In this document: one piece after another, positions 49,916 to 62,416 of the stretch
How positions within the stretch are numbered: the stretch's first letter is position 1
Layout: the number at the start of each line of letters is the position of its first letter
Assembly (NCBI RefSeq): GCF_004010195.1
Contig: NC_057720.1
Location: 32,701,383 to 32,765,382, forward strand
Source of the DNA: Chiloscyllium plagiosum
Lineage: Eukaryota
Direction: 5' to 3'
Length of the DNA: 64,000 bases
Notes under the pieces: generated by a model
Seen by the model: only the letters and a program-made list of their open reading frames with translations
Told to the model about the DNA's origin: nothing
Databases searched by the model: none
Made by a program: the position numbers and the translations under genes

Positions 49916-50026
49916 CAAAAGTGAGGACTGCAGATGCTGGAAATCAGAGTCTAGATTAGAGTGGTGCTGGAAAAGCAGCATCTGAGGAGCAGGAAAATTG
50001 ACATTTTGGGCAAAAGCTCTTCACCG
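49916..50026 (-). mobile_element. Short PLE pLTR fragment
   Basis: A 15-bp TSD gattagaaaaatagg lies at 49901-49915 and 50027-50041. The hammerhead motif is degenerate. Confidence 0.8.
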
Positions 50027-50416
50027 GATTAGAAAAATAGGTTAAATTAAGAAAAAGAAAAATCAAGACAGAAAAAAAAGTCAATTGCATTCAATGCAAG
50101 TTAAAAATTAGAACAGTGATTAACTCCTTCCTTACTATCTGATTGAATTCAATAAGTTTCTTAGTGTACATTTGAACCACCTATAAGCCAGAGGTTCAGG
50201 TTATATCTTGTTGTTGTGCTTTTAGTTATTAATTTAGGTCAAAATAATGGTGAGATTCCAAATGAAGTGGACAATAGATCTTGAAATTTAAATACAGAAC
50301 TCCTTGAAAGTAGATTTAAAAACCCACAAAAAGATCAATATCTTGTGTAATTTCTAAACAGGAGGATAAAATACAAGAAAATTGATGCACTGGCAGAAGG
50401 CATTGGTTAAAGTATT

Positions 50417-50705
50417 GATTAGATTCCCTACATTGTGGAAATAGGCCCTTCAGCCCAACAAGTCCACACCAACCCTCCGAAGAGCAACCCACCCATACCC
50501 CTAACTAATGCACCTAACACTACGGGCAATTTAGCATGGCCAATTCACTTAACCTGCACATCTTTGGACTGTGGGGGGGGAAACCAGAGGAAATCCACTC
50601 GGACACAGGCAAACTCTACACAGACAGTTGCCCGAGGCAGGAATTGAACCTGGGTCCCTGGCACTGTGAGGCAGCAGTGCGAGCCACTGAGCCATCATGT
50701 TGCCC
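50417..50705 (-). mobile_element. HE1-type V-SINE
   Basis: Head, core and tail as in the other copies. Confidence 0.85.
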
Positions 50706-51178
50706 AATAACTTTGTGTGCAACTTTGGATTCCTTCTTACAAAACAGACAATAAATCATAACAATTGTAAAGTATAGTTTTTAGATGCTAACAAGTTTAA
50801 AAAAAAAGTTCTCAAAAAACCAGACTCAGCCCTCTTGCGGTGCAATGGTAGTATCCCTAGCCCTGGACAGAGAGGCTCAGATTCAAGTCCCATCTGCTCC
50901 AGAGGTGTGTAATTACATCTCTGAACAGATTGATTAAAAAACTATTCAATTAAAAATAAATAAAATGAGTTTCTGCTTCTCTTTCTTTAGCATCAGTCTT
51001 CCTAATTTTTGATTTTCCCTTCTCCCCAGCCTCTGTCTTATTTATCCTTCCTTTTGGGTGGGTGAGAGGTGACATAGGGAAAGGTGCCACGAATAACTGA
51101 TTAACTGTTGCCTCTCTTTAGCCAAAATGTTATCCTTTACTTGGTCATCAAATAATTAAGAAAATTCAACACTTTTTT

Positions 51179-51209
51179 GGGGGTGGGGGGGGGGGGGGGG
51201 GGGGGGGGG
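51179..51209. repeat. Poly-G tract
   Basis: About 30 nt of almost uninterrupted G. Confidence 0.9.
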
Positions 51210-51644
51210 ATTGCAGTATTTAATGTAAACATTCATATAATGGGAATAAAGTACATAATTAAACTTATGCATTTGATGGTCTTATTGTGAAGTACACATC
51301 AAGTTTATTGAAACTATTTTTAGACATTAGATATCCAAATACAGGACTAAGTTTTCAAAAGGAAAATAGGGCCACCAGGTGGTCATACTGAGCAATTGCA
51401 TTTTAACAAATTTCTAATGTCAATCATGGATAGAACTGTAGATGAAGTGAAAAGAAGCAAGCTAAAATGCATTAAAAGGATTTGTCATGAGGAAGTAAAG
51501 TTCAGAAGTTGGAAATATCTCCATTCCCATTTTTAATCTTTTCCAATGCTAGTTTTCTTTGATCCTGAGTTTGGTCTCAAGATGCTTTCAATTCTCTTTC
51601 CCGCTCCACAGTCTTGCCTCACTGTGACAAATTACTTTCAAAGA

Positions 51645-52965
51645 TCATTTACGACTTATTTGGATAGCAGTGACAGGATAAGTCAGAGTCAGCATGGATT
51701 TATGAAGGGGAAATCGTGCTTGATTAATCTTCTGGAATTTTTTGAGGATGTAACTATAAAGATAGAGAAGGGAGGGCCAGTGGATGTAGTATACCTGGAC
51801 TTCCAGAAAGCCTTTGATAAGGTCCCACATAGGAGATTAGTGAGCAAAATTAGGACACGTGGTATTGGGGGCAAGGTACTGAAAATTGGCTGACAGAGGA
51901 AGCAAACAGTAGTGAAAAACTGGTTCCTTTTGGAATGGCAGGCAGTGACCAGTGGGGTACCACAAGGTTCGGTGCTGGGACCACAGCTATTTACAATATA
52001 CATCAATGATATAAATGAAGGCATTAAAAGTAATATTAGCAAATTTGCTGATGGCACAAAGCTGGGTGGCAGGGTGAAATGTGAGGAGGATGTTATGAGA
52101 ATACAGGGTGACTTGGACACACTAGGTGAGTGGACGGATGCGTGGCAGATGCAGTTTAATGTGAATAAATGTGTGGTTATCCACTTTGGTGGCAAGAACA
52201 GGAAGGCAGATTACTATCAAAATGGAGTCAAGTTAGCGAAAGGGGAAGTACAATGAGATTTAGGTGTTCTTGTACATCAGTCATTGAAAGCAAGCATGGA
52301 GATACAGCAGGCAGTGAAGAAAGCTAATAGCATGCTGGCCTTCATAACAAGAGGAATTGAGTATAGGAGCAAAGAAGTCCTTCTGCAGCTGTACAGGGCC
52401 CTGGTGAGACTGCACCTGGAGTACTGTGTACAGTTTTGGTCTCCAAATTTGAGGAACGACATTCTGGCTATTGAGGGAGTGCAGCGTAGGTTCACGAGGT
52501 CAATTCCTGGAATGGCGGGACTATCATATGTTGAAAGATTAAAGTGACTGGGCTTGTATACGCTGGAGTTGAGAAGGCTGAGAGGTGATCTGATTGAGAT
52601 GTATAAAATTATTAAAGGATTGGACACTCTGGAGGCAGGAAGCACGTTTCCACTGATGGGTGAGTCCAGAACCAGGGGACACAGTTTAAAAATAAGGGGA
52701 AGGCCATTTAGAACAGAGTTGAGGAGAAACTTCTTCACCGAGATTGGTGGATATATGGAATGCTCTGCCCCAGAAGGCAGTGGATGCCAAGTCTCTGGAT
52801 ACTTTCAAGAAAGAGATTGATAGAGCTCTTAAAGATAGTGGAATCATGGGCTATGGGGATAAGGCATGAATAGGATACCGATTGTGGATGATCAGCCATG
52901 ATCATAATGAATGCTGGTGCTGGCTCGCAGGGTCGAATGGCCTACTCCTGCACCTATTGTCTATT
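51645..52965 (+). mobile_element. 5'-truncated CR1 (RT and 3' end)
   Basis: QHGFMKGKSCL, LDFQKAFDKVPH, GVPQGSVLGP, KFADGTK, and tail ctattgtctatt. Confidence 0.93.
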
Positions 52966-53429
52966 ATCACATTTATATAGAAAAAGCTGCTCATATTAAG
53001 GAACCCTTCCAGCACGATAATAAATGTTCAACTCTGTGCCATAGTCCTATCAATAATATTCTATGAACAAAGGCAATTTGATTTTTGTGAACACAAGATC
53101 AAGATTAAAGTATTGCCAACGGCATCTAATCTGTATATTGATCTACATTGATCTGCACAGAGGTTAAAATTTGCAAATACACATTTTGAGTTACAGGCCT
53201 ATCACTTGTAAACCACCCCAGAACCCACCCTTCTGTCCCCTTGCAACACCTAGTCAATTAATAATGCATAATGGTGTGTCCGTTACATATTTTTCTTTAT
53301 TTTTGTTTTGTGGATGAGGTCAACAAAATTGAGGGACCAGATTTGTGTGACTGGGGGAGTTTGATTGGAGGAGGCAGTGGCATTCAGGCAATGTGACTTA
53401 TTCTAGCGACTCAACCACAGGTTAATAGT

Positions 53430-55445
53430 TCTGAGGTTGTTTAGGGAGCACTTGCTGATAGTGCTGGACAAGTTTTTCCCATTGAGGCAAGGAAGGGATA
53501 GTAGGTTGAAAAAACCATGGGTGACAAGGAACGTGGTACATCTAGTCAAGACGAAGAAGGAAGCTTACTTAAAGTTGAGGATGCAGGGATCAGACAATGC
53601 TTTGGAAGATTTCGAGGTAGCCACGAAGGAACTGAAGAATGGACTTAGGAGAGCTAGAAGCGGCATGAAAAAGCTTTAGCGGTTAGGATTAAGGAAAATC
53701 CTAAGGCATTTTGCACTTATGTGAGGAACAAGAGGATGACCAGAGTGAGGATAGGGCCAGTCAGGGAGAGTGGAGGGAACTTATGCCAAGAGTTATAGGA
53801 GGGATGGGAGGTCCTTAATGAATACTTTGCTTCAGTATTCATTAGTGGGACGTACGTGATGTTTGTGAGGACAGCATGAAACAGGCTGATATGCTCAAAC
53901 AGGTTGATGTTAAGGAGGAGGAGGCGCTGAAAATTTTGAAAAAGTAAGGATAGATAAGTCCCATGGATATACCCAAGGTTACTACAGGATGTGAGGGAAG
54001 AGATTGCTGCTTTGGCGATGGTCTTTATGTCCTTACTGTCCACTGGAGTAGTGCCAGATGATTGGAAGGTGGCAAATGTTATTCCCTTATTCAAGAAAGG
54101 GAATAAGGATAATCTTGGGAATTACAGACCAAAAGTCTTACATGTGTGGTAGGCAAATTATTGGAGAGGATTCAGAGACAGGAGTTATAGTATGGAAAAC
54201 CATAGATTGATTCGAGATAGCACGGCTTTAAGAGGGCAGGTCATGCCTCACAAACTCTACTGAATTCTTTGAGGATGTGACAAAACACATAGATGAAGGT
54301 AGAGCAGTGGATATGGTGTACATGGATTTTAGCAAGGCATTTGATAAGGTTCCCCATGGTAGGCTCATTCAGAAAGTAAAGAGGTTTGGAATACAGGGAA
54401 ATCTGGCTGTTTGGATACAGAATTGGTTGGCCTATAGAAGAGAGGGTGGTAGTAGATCAAAAGTAGTGGTGTTCTGCAAACCTTTGTTCTGGGACCTCTG
54501 TTCTTTTGATTTTTATAAATGACTTGGATGGGGAAGTGGAAGGATGGGTTAGTAAGTTTGCTGATGACACGAAGGTTGGTGGAGTTGTGAAGGCTGTGGA
54601 GGGTTGTTGTCGGTTGCAACGGGACATTGACAGGATGAAGAATTCGACTGATAAGTGGCAGTTGGAGTTCAACCTGGAAAAGTGTGAAGTGGTTAGTTTT
54701 GAAGGTTGAATTTGAATGCAGAACGCACAGTTAATGGCAGGATTCTAAGCAGTGTGGAGGAACAGAGGGATCTTGGGCTCCATGTCCATAGATCCCTCAA
54801 AGTTGCCACCTAGATTGATAGGGTTGTTAAGAAGGTGTATGGCATATTGCCTTTCATTAGCAGGGGGATTGATTTTAAGAGCTACCAGGTTATGCTGCAG
54901 CTCTGTAGAGTCCTGGTTATACCATACCTAGAATATTGTGTTCAGTTCTGATTGCCTCATTGTAGGAAAGATGTAGAAGCTTTAGTGAGGGTACAGAGGA
55001 GACCTACCAGGATGCTGCCTGCACAGGAGGGCATGTCTTATGAACAAAGACTGAGGTAGCTAGGTTTTTGTCATTGGAACAAAGGATGAGAGTGACTTGA
55101 TAGAGGTGTACAAGATGATGAGATTCATAGATAGAGTAGATAGCTAGAGACTTTTTCCCAGGGATTACCTTACACTGAAAGACTGGAGTGACTGGGCTTG
55201 TATACCCTTGAGTTTAGAAGACTGAGAGGGGATCTAGGGTGAAAATGGCTATCATGAGGGGGCAGAATTTTAAGGTGATTGGAGGAAGGTTTAGGGGAGA
55301 TATCAGAAGTAGGTTCTTTGTGTAATGAGGTGAGAGTGGTGAGTGTGCGCCAGCAGTGGTAGTAGAGTCAGATATGTTAAGGACATTTAGGTGACTCTTG
55401 GATAGGCACATGGAAGATAATACAATGAAGGGTATGTAGGTTAGT
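53430..55445 (+). mobile_element. 5'-truncated CR1, disrupted
   Basis: KPWVT…, MDFSKAFDKVPHG, SKFADDTK, and a 3' end near 55440. Confidence 0.9.
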
Positions 55446-55446
55446 T

Positions 55447-56253
55447 GCACTTATTGTCTATTGTCTACAACGTGGGAAAGAATAGAAGCATAGACTACTT
55501 TCTAAATGGGGAGAAAATCCAGAAGTCTGAAGTGCAAAGAGACTTGGGAGTTCTAGTCCAGAATTCTCTCAAAGTAAATTTGCAGATTGAGTCAGTAGTT
55601 AGGAAGGCAAATGCAATGTTGACATTTATTTTGAGAGGATTGTAATATAAAAGCAAGGACATTCTTCTGAGGTTCTAAGGCTCTGGCCAGACCACAGTTG
55701 AAGTATTGTGTGCAGTTTTAGGCCCCATATCTCAGAAAGGATGTACTGGCCCTGGAGCAGGTTTAGAGGAGGTTCACGAGAATGGTCCAAAGAATGAAAA
55801 GCTTAACATATGAGGAACATTTGAGGACTCTAGGTCTATACTCTATGGAGTTTAGAATGATGAGGGGGATCTAATTGAAACTTACAGAATACCGAATAGC
55901 CTGAACAGAATAGATGTTGATAGATATTTCCATTGGTAGGAGAGACTAGGACCCGAGGACACAGCCTTAGGAGTAAAGGGAAGCCCTCTTAGAATGGAGA
56001 TAAGGAGAAACTTCTTCAGCCACTCAGTGTGGCAAATTTAATCGAAGTCACTGCCACAGAAGGCTGTAGAGGCCAACCCATTGAGTATATTTAAGACAGA
56101 GATAGATAGGTTCTTGATTGTCAAGGGGGTCAAGGGTTACGGAGAGAAAGTGGGAGAATGGGGTTAAGAAACTTATCAGCCATGATTGAATGGTGGAGCA
56201 GACTCGATGGACTGAATGGCCTAATTTCTGCTCCTGTGTCTTATGCTCTTATG
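55447..56253 (+). mobile_element. Another CR1 3' fragment (different subfamily)
   Basis: YFLNGEKIQKSEVQRDLGV… and tail tcttatgctcttatg. Confidence 0.85.
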
Positions 56254-58019
56254 GATGGGCAATAAATGCTGACCAGCCTGCAATACTGACGTCCCACAAT
56301 TGAATATATAAAAAAAAAATTGAATTTCACACGTGGAATGCATTTCAAATAAATTTGAAATTCATCCTCATTACAGATAGTACTCCATCTCTAGTTGTTA
56401 AAGCTATCACCTGCCCTTAGCTTTTATACAGAGGTAACAACAGAACTGCTGATGGCAAATTAATCTCAGGGGTACGGAGAATGGAAGCCAGAAATGGCAA
56501 TTTCATCACCTCCCCGATGAATGACTAGTACAAGCACAAAGTATCATGTTTTTGAATGGTTAGAAGAGTCACACATTGTCCTCATTTCTTTATTAATACC
56601 TTTAAAGTATGCCAATAGGAGAATATACCATTCATGTGCAATGTTCAACCAAATGCTTGTTTACTGGAGGTCCGCACCATGCACCCACATTTTGACAAGA
56701 AAATACGTAGTCTGTAGAAAGTCCATCAGCTCACGCCTGTTTCATCAGCTGTAGCTATTGACTATATTTCAGGACTTTTATTCCACATAAAAGTTTGGGA
56801 AGATTTGCATTTAAATGGTGGATTTTAAAAGTATATTCATTCAATTTTAAAAATGCATCAAAACAAAGTGCTTAGAACACGAATGGGCCACATTGCTTAT
56901 TGTTTCAGAAACAAATTCAATTTTTTAATCAGCCATGATTGCATGGCGGAGCAGACTCTATGCACTGAATGATCTCTGTAGACGAGAAGCTCACCCATGT
57001 GATCCTAGGATCTTGGCAGGAGTTGTTTGACATTTATTGGCATTTTGCCCAGACTGTGAATGCAGCAAAATAAAAATGGAGACCAAAACTCTTAATTATA
57101 TTTTCTGTTAAAAAGCAGAAAACTACAGGGTCCTTTCCACCACGTTTAGAAGGTTGAGGATAGTTTGAAGTTATTTTGTTTCAGTAAAGCAAGATGATCC
57201 ACTGCTGAAGAAGTTTTACTGTTCATTGAATTAACTGCAATCAGAACAACGTATGTTTGCATAACACTATCAAAATTGTTGCTTTGTACAAGACTCTACT
57301 ATGAGGTTAAGCCCAGTTCCTATTGTTCACTAGCAGTCATCCCAAACTCAGATAAAAGGTCCCCCAACACTTGGGGTTATGAGCTATTGGCCAACAGCTG
57401 ATGAGTTTGCTGTGGATGGTAAATGAGCTGGAACCTTAGGAGAAAACAGCTGATTACAATCAGACCATTCTTTGGGCAGAAAATTTGTCTTCTTCAAATA
57501 CAAAGGAGAATACAAAGCAATGGGAAACTTGCTCATTTATTCTATGATCTGATTACATTGCTTGTTAAATATGACAATGGGAGACTCCTAATAGCAACAG
57601 ATCAAGACCACAAGGAGGGTAAACTTGAACGGAGGACCTGCCCTCATAACTGCACTATTTGGCCTAAACCCACAGCACAATACAGACCATAATTTGGATG
57701 CCTGAAAATAAAAGAAAACTGTTAATTCCAAATGGGTCAAGGTAAAGAATACAGTTTCACAGGACTGGATTTGTAAATGAAACTTACCGTCAGCGAACAA
57801 TCCGAAGATCAATCAACGCAAAATCCCAAATCCACTCCACAACAGTCTGCTGATCAGACTAAACATCCTTAAGTCTCCCAGAAATATAATCAAATTAGTT
57901 AGAGTAAATTTGAGCAGTTTATTCTGTGGTTTTACATCACTAGCATCAATACTGTTTTACTTATCAAAAAAAACACTGCTGCAGCATTCTCAAAACTCAT
58001 ACCCATAGGATTTTTTAAA

Positions 58020-60838
58020 ATTAAGTTTTATTATGTAAACTGTTGATTTATCTTATAATATTGACAAAATATTTCACATCTTGGCTATTACAACATTGGA
58101 ATACAGTATTAACCAACATAAATTATACATTTTACTCAAGTTTACTGGAAATGATTTCATCTAGCCAGAAAGATGAAGGGTCTGATTCGACAAAATATTA
58201 AAGAGCTAGGAAAAATTATTTATTTGAACCTCATATTTAATCACACATACCCATCCAATAGATCCTCACTAGTATTAGGTGTTAACCAACACCTATTTTG
58301 CCAGAAAGGATTGGTCAGAACTGTCATCACTTCCACCTTTGTCTAATCTACTCTCCAGTGAGAAAGAGTTGCCTGACAGCAGAGACTGCCATTGCAGGAT
58401 TCAATCTATTGGTCTGTCTGAAAGATAGCAAAATTTTGGGGTGGGGAGGGGGTGGGGACAAATGCCTCAATTCTGTGCTCCCAGAATGGTTGATCCTCTC
58501 AAAGGGAGTTGTAGTCAGATTACACAAGGGCACTGCAGTGACAGTTCTTCAACTTGTTGCCCCTTTAGACACAAGTCCTTCCTTGAGGCACCAGATCAGC
58601 TTTGTTAACTTGAACACAATCTGTAATGCAAAGTTTCTCAATTCTTTTGGCAAATTTTCCACCAAGCTGCCAAGCGATCCCAAACAATAATCTAGATGAT
58701 GTGCAAAATTGTTTTGAATACACTTAATACATAATGTTTCTAAACTTTGGACACACATTGCATAATGTTTTTCATGATCTGGGATTAATAGTTAAGAAAC
58801 AAAAATGACCTCAGTATAGGAGTAGGCCATATACCTGTATTTAGCAATGCTAAACCTGGCAACCTGCATCAAACTGCAATGTGATGATGTGACAGAAACA
58901 GAAACAAAGATCCAAATTAAAAGCTAAACTTAACCATCCAGCTCTCCAAATATGAAAAAAAATCTCTTCAATACCAGAAAATTTCCAATATTTTGCAGCT
59001 GTTTCATTACAGCCCAAAGCAATTACATGCAGGCGTACAGCTAAAAGGATCTATCTAAACATGGACCAAGTTTTGTCACAATCCTGCCAATTTATTAGTT
59101 ATGTGTGAAGCATATCAGTCAGTGTGATACTTGAACTGCAGTGTGTTATTGACAAGAGTTTACAAAATTAAATAGACATTTTCCCCCAACGAATGCAGCA
59201 TTGCATCTGTTACTCTTCATTTATTACCCATGTACTCATCCCAATTATGGAAGGTTAATTAGACAGATTCCTGGGGTTCGGATATTATCCTGCGAGATAT
59301 TTAGTGGACTGAACCCATATTCCCCAAAGTTTAAAAGATAGCATGGTCACCTTCTAGAAACACAAATTTTTTTAGGGGATTTCAAGGTACATGTTTGAGA
59401 CATGCTTTTCTCTCATAGTGAACTAGGAGGCACAGTGTAGAATAAAGGTAGCTGCCATTTAGGAATGAGATGAGGAGAAACCTCTTCCCTCAAACAGGAA
59501 TTGTTGGAATTCTCTACTCCAGAGAACTGCAGATCCTCAGCCATTGAGTACATTCAGAACTATGATAGACGTTGGATGTAATGGGAATCAAGTGGTTTGG
59601 GGATGAAGCAAGACGACGAAGTTGAGAGAGAGTTGACTGTACATCAAAGTAATCTATAACATGCATCTTGTAATATAACTTTCTTTCTATAGGCATAGAT
59701 AAGCATTTTGTGTGAATCTTAAATACATGGCATATATAAGAGTATCAAGACTCTATTGTAGTTGGAAAATTGACTTCGAGTATAGGCCCTTTCAGATGAA
59801 CTTGTAAGTCAATCAATTATGACGGTGCTCCAAGCTTGTTCGGAGAAGCAGACAATATGAGCATTAATACATACTTCACCATACAAGAGTGCTGTGGGGT
59901 TCAGATGAAAGATTTACATAGCATGATACTTCCAGCTGGTTTGTTATGTGACTTACATAAAAGCCCTTTTCATTCATCTGAGAAAAAGGAATGACCAGCA
60001 AAATGCAGTGATTAACATGTTCCATACCATACTGACTGCAATCTTTTATCTCTCACAGAGCATCACCGGAGGCAGTGAGAGGTAACAAAGGTAGCAGTGC
60101 AGTCCTCAGAGGTGTGGCACACTGAAGAAGCATAGTCACATGATTCCTGCACACCCTTCATCAGTGCACATACATTCACCTTTGTGGGTCCAGCTTCACA
60201 TGTCAGAAGGGTAGCACAAAGTGAGGAGTACCTCACATGACCAGGATTAGATGCTTAACGCAGAGGCAGCATGGAATGGCCACTTAGGAGACCTGAGGAA
60301 ACATTCAGCCATTCCCATCATGAAGTTAGAGATGTCCATCACAAGCATCAGTGTCATTATGTCTCTGGAGTCCAGGATCACTTCTAGTAAAATATTGCCA
60401 ACCTCTTGGGAGACTCAGTAAATTTCAAACCATTATATTCAATTTTATTTTGTGGAAAGGCTTGGCTTGCCTCGAGACGTTAGAGAATATTTTTTTCTCT
60501 GCCCAAGCCAAAGTAATATTCTCAAATCATAAAAAAAATTAGATCTATATGGTTGTAAGAATCGCCAAAATAGGAAGACTTCATTAGGTCATTAGGTGTC
60601 ACCACTTTTCAAAGACTTATGGAATAAATCTCTGAACTTACCATTCTGATTGGATTTAGTGAATCAACCAGTTTCGGAATTTCAAAAGGGCGAGAAACAG
60701 AAATAAAAAGATACATTTTCTTGAATCTTAAGGAATGAGCAACACATGGATAACACAAATTTAAAGCAGCTATTAGTGGGCCATAATCAATTTCAGCAAC
60801 CACATTCTGTTTGATTCTATGCAGTAGGTGTCTGGTTG
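58020..60838 (-). other. HECTD3: Putative HECTD3 3' UTR (extent uncertain)
   Basis: Lies directly downstream of the stop codon. Minus-strand AATAAA hexamers occur at 60444-60449 and 58027-58032, the latter in an AT-rich context. The true end cannot be determined without transcript data. Confidence 0.35.
59255..59620 (+). mobile_element. Highly decayed CR1 3' remnant inside the putative HECTD3 3' UTR
   Basis: ccatttaggaatgagatgaggagaaacctcttc…tggaattctctactccagaga resembles the CR1 3' ends elsewhere in the window. Confidence 0.6.
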
Positions 60839-61165
<327 letters not shown>

Positions 61166-61522
61166 TCATAATTCCCTCCACAACCCCAAATGTAGAGAAG
61201 AACATTTACTTGCATGATGACCTTTAAATAAAGAAAAAAAAACTGTTCAAAGACCATTTTAGGTCACATAGTGGAAGAGTAATTAACTCACTGAAGAATA
61301 CATGGCCGGCTACTCCAATGCTGGAATTTTTAGCAGAGTTTGAAATTTTTAATTTCTTTTAATTTATCTTTGGTCTGATTCTGTACTGAGCAATGCGAGG
61401 GAGTGGAACAATTTCTTCTATGACTACTGTCAGAAAGGCAGCCCTGATTAGAACAATGCAATGTATTTTCCATTTCCCACATTAACCAGCTGCATGGCCG
61501 AGTATGGCATTGAGTTACAGAG

Positions 61523-61944
61523 CTGGACGCCTCCTAGCAGAGCACTTTAGGGAACATCTCCGGGACACCCGCACCAATCAACCCCACCGCCCTGTGGACC
61601 AACATTTCAACTCCCCCGCCCACTCAGCCGAGGACATGCAGGTCCTGGGCCTCCTCCGCCGCTGCTCCCTCACCACCCGACGCCTGGAGGAAGAACGCCT
61701 CATCTTCAACCTTGGAACACTTCAACCCCAGGGCATCAATGTGGATTTCACCAGCTTCCTCATTTCCCCTTCTCCCACCTCACCCCAGCTTCAACCTTCC
61801 AGCTCAGCACCGTCCCCATAACCTGTCCTATCTGCCTATCTTCCTTTCCACCTATCCTCGGATGCTGCCTGACCTGCTGTGCTTTTCCAGCACCGCTCTA
61901 ATCTAGACTCTGGTTTCCAACATCTACAGTCCTTGTTTTTACCC
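61523..61944 (+). mobile_element. Penelope-like 3' fragment in HECTD3 last intron; hammerhead segment deleted
   Basis: GRLLAEHFREHLRDT…HFN…RRLEEERLIF, then the pLTR end. The sequence jumps from ccacctat to cctcggatg at ~61855. Confidence 0.88.
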
Positions 61945-62416
61945 TCTGGATTGAGACCAGTCAATATATGTTATGTAAGGCCCTTTCAGCAGGCTGCAAG
62001 GGGAAAACTTTCAGACCCATCATCCGAGCTTTTGGGGTGATGAACATGATGAATGAGCACCACAGAACACATTACAACAATCTGTTTGCTCAAAATTTGA
62101 AAAGTGCAGCTCAGGTTTACAAACTTTCACTACATTTGCACTATGCTTCAATTAATACATCGGTGCAGCCTGTTTAATTAGCCAAATGTGATCACATGGA
62201 CATGCCCACATGCAGCTGATTTTACTATCAGTTAATGTATTTGAACAACAAGATTTTAATATAGAGTTTGCCGAGTCCAACCACAATTCAGGGGAGCTTA
62301 AAATTACACTGTGGGATATTGGGATACAAGAGGTTTACTGCACCTACACAGAATTACTTAACACATTCACTTACATATCAGACAAATTAAATTGAATGTA
62401 ATGCAATAGTCTATCA

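Noticed and set aside
51179..51209. Functional G-quadruplex element
   Set aside because: A simple homopolymer with no supporting context; its length may be a sequencing artefact.
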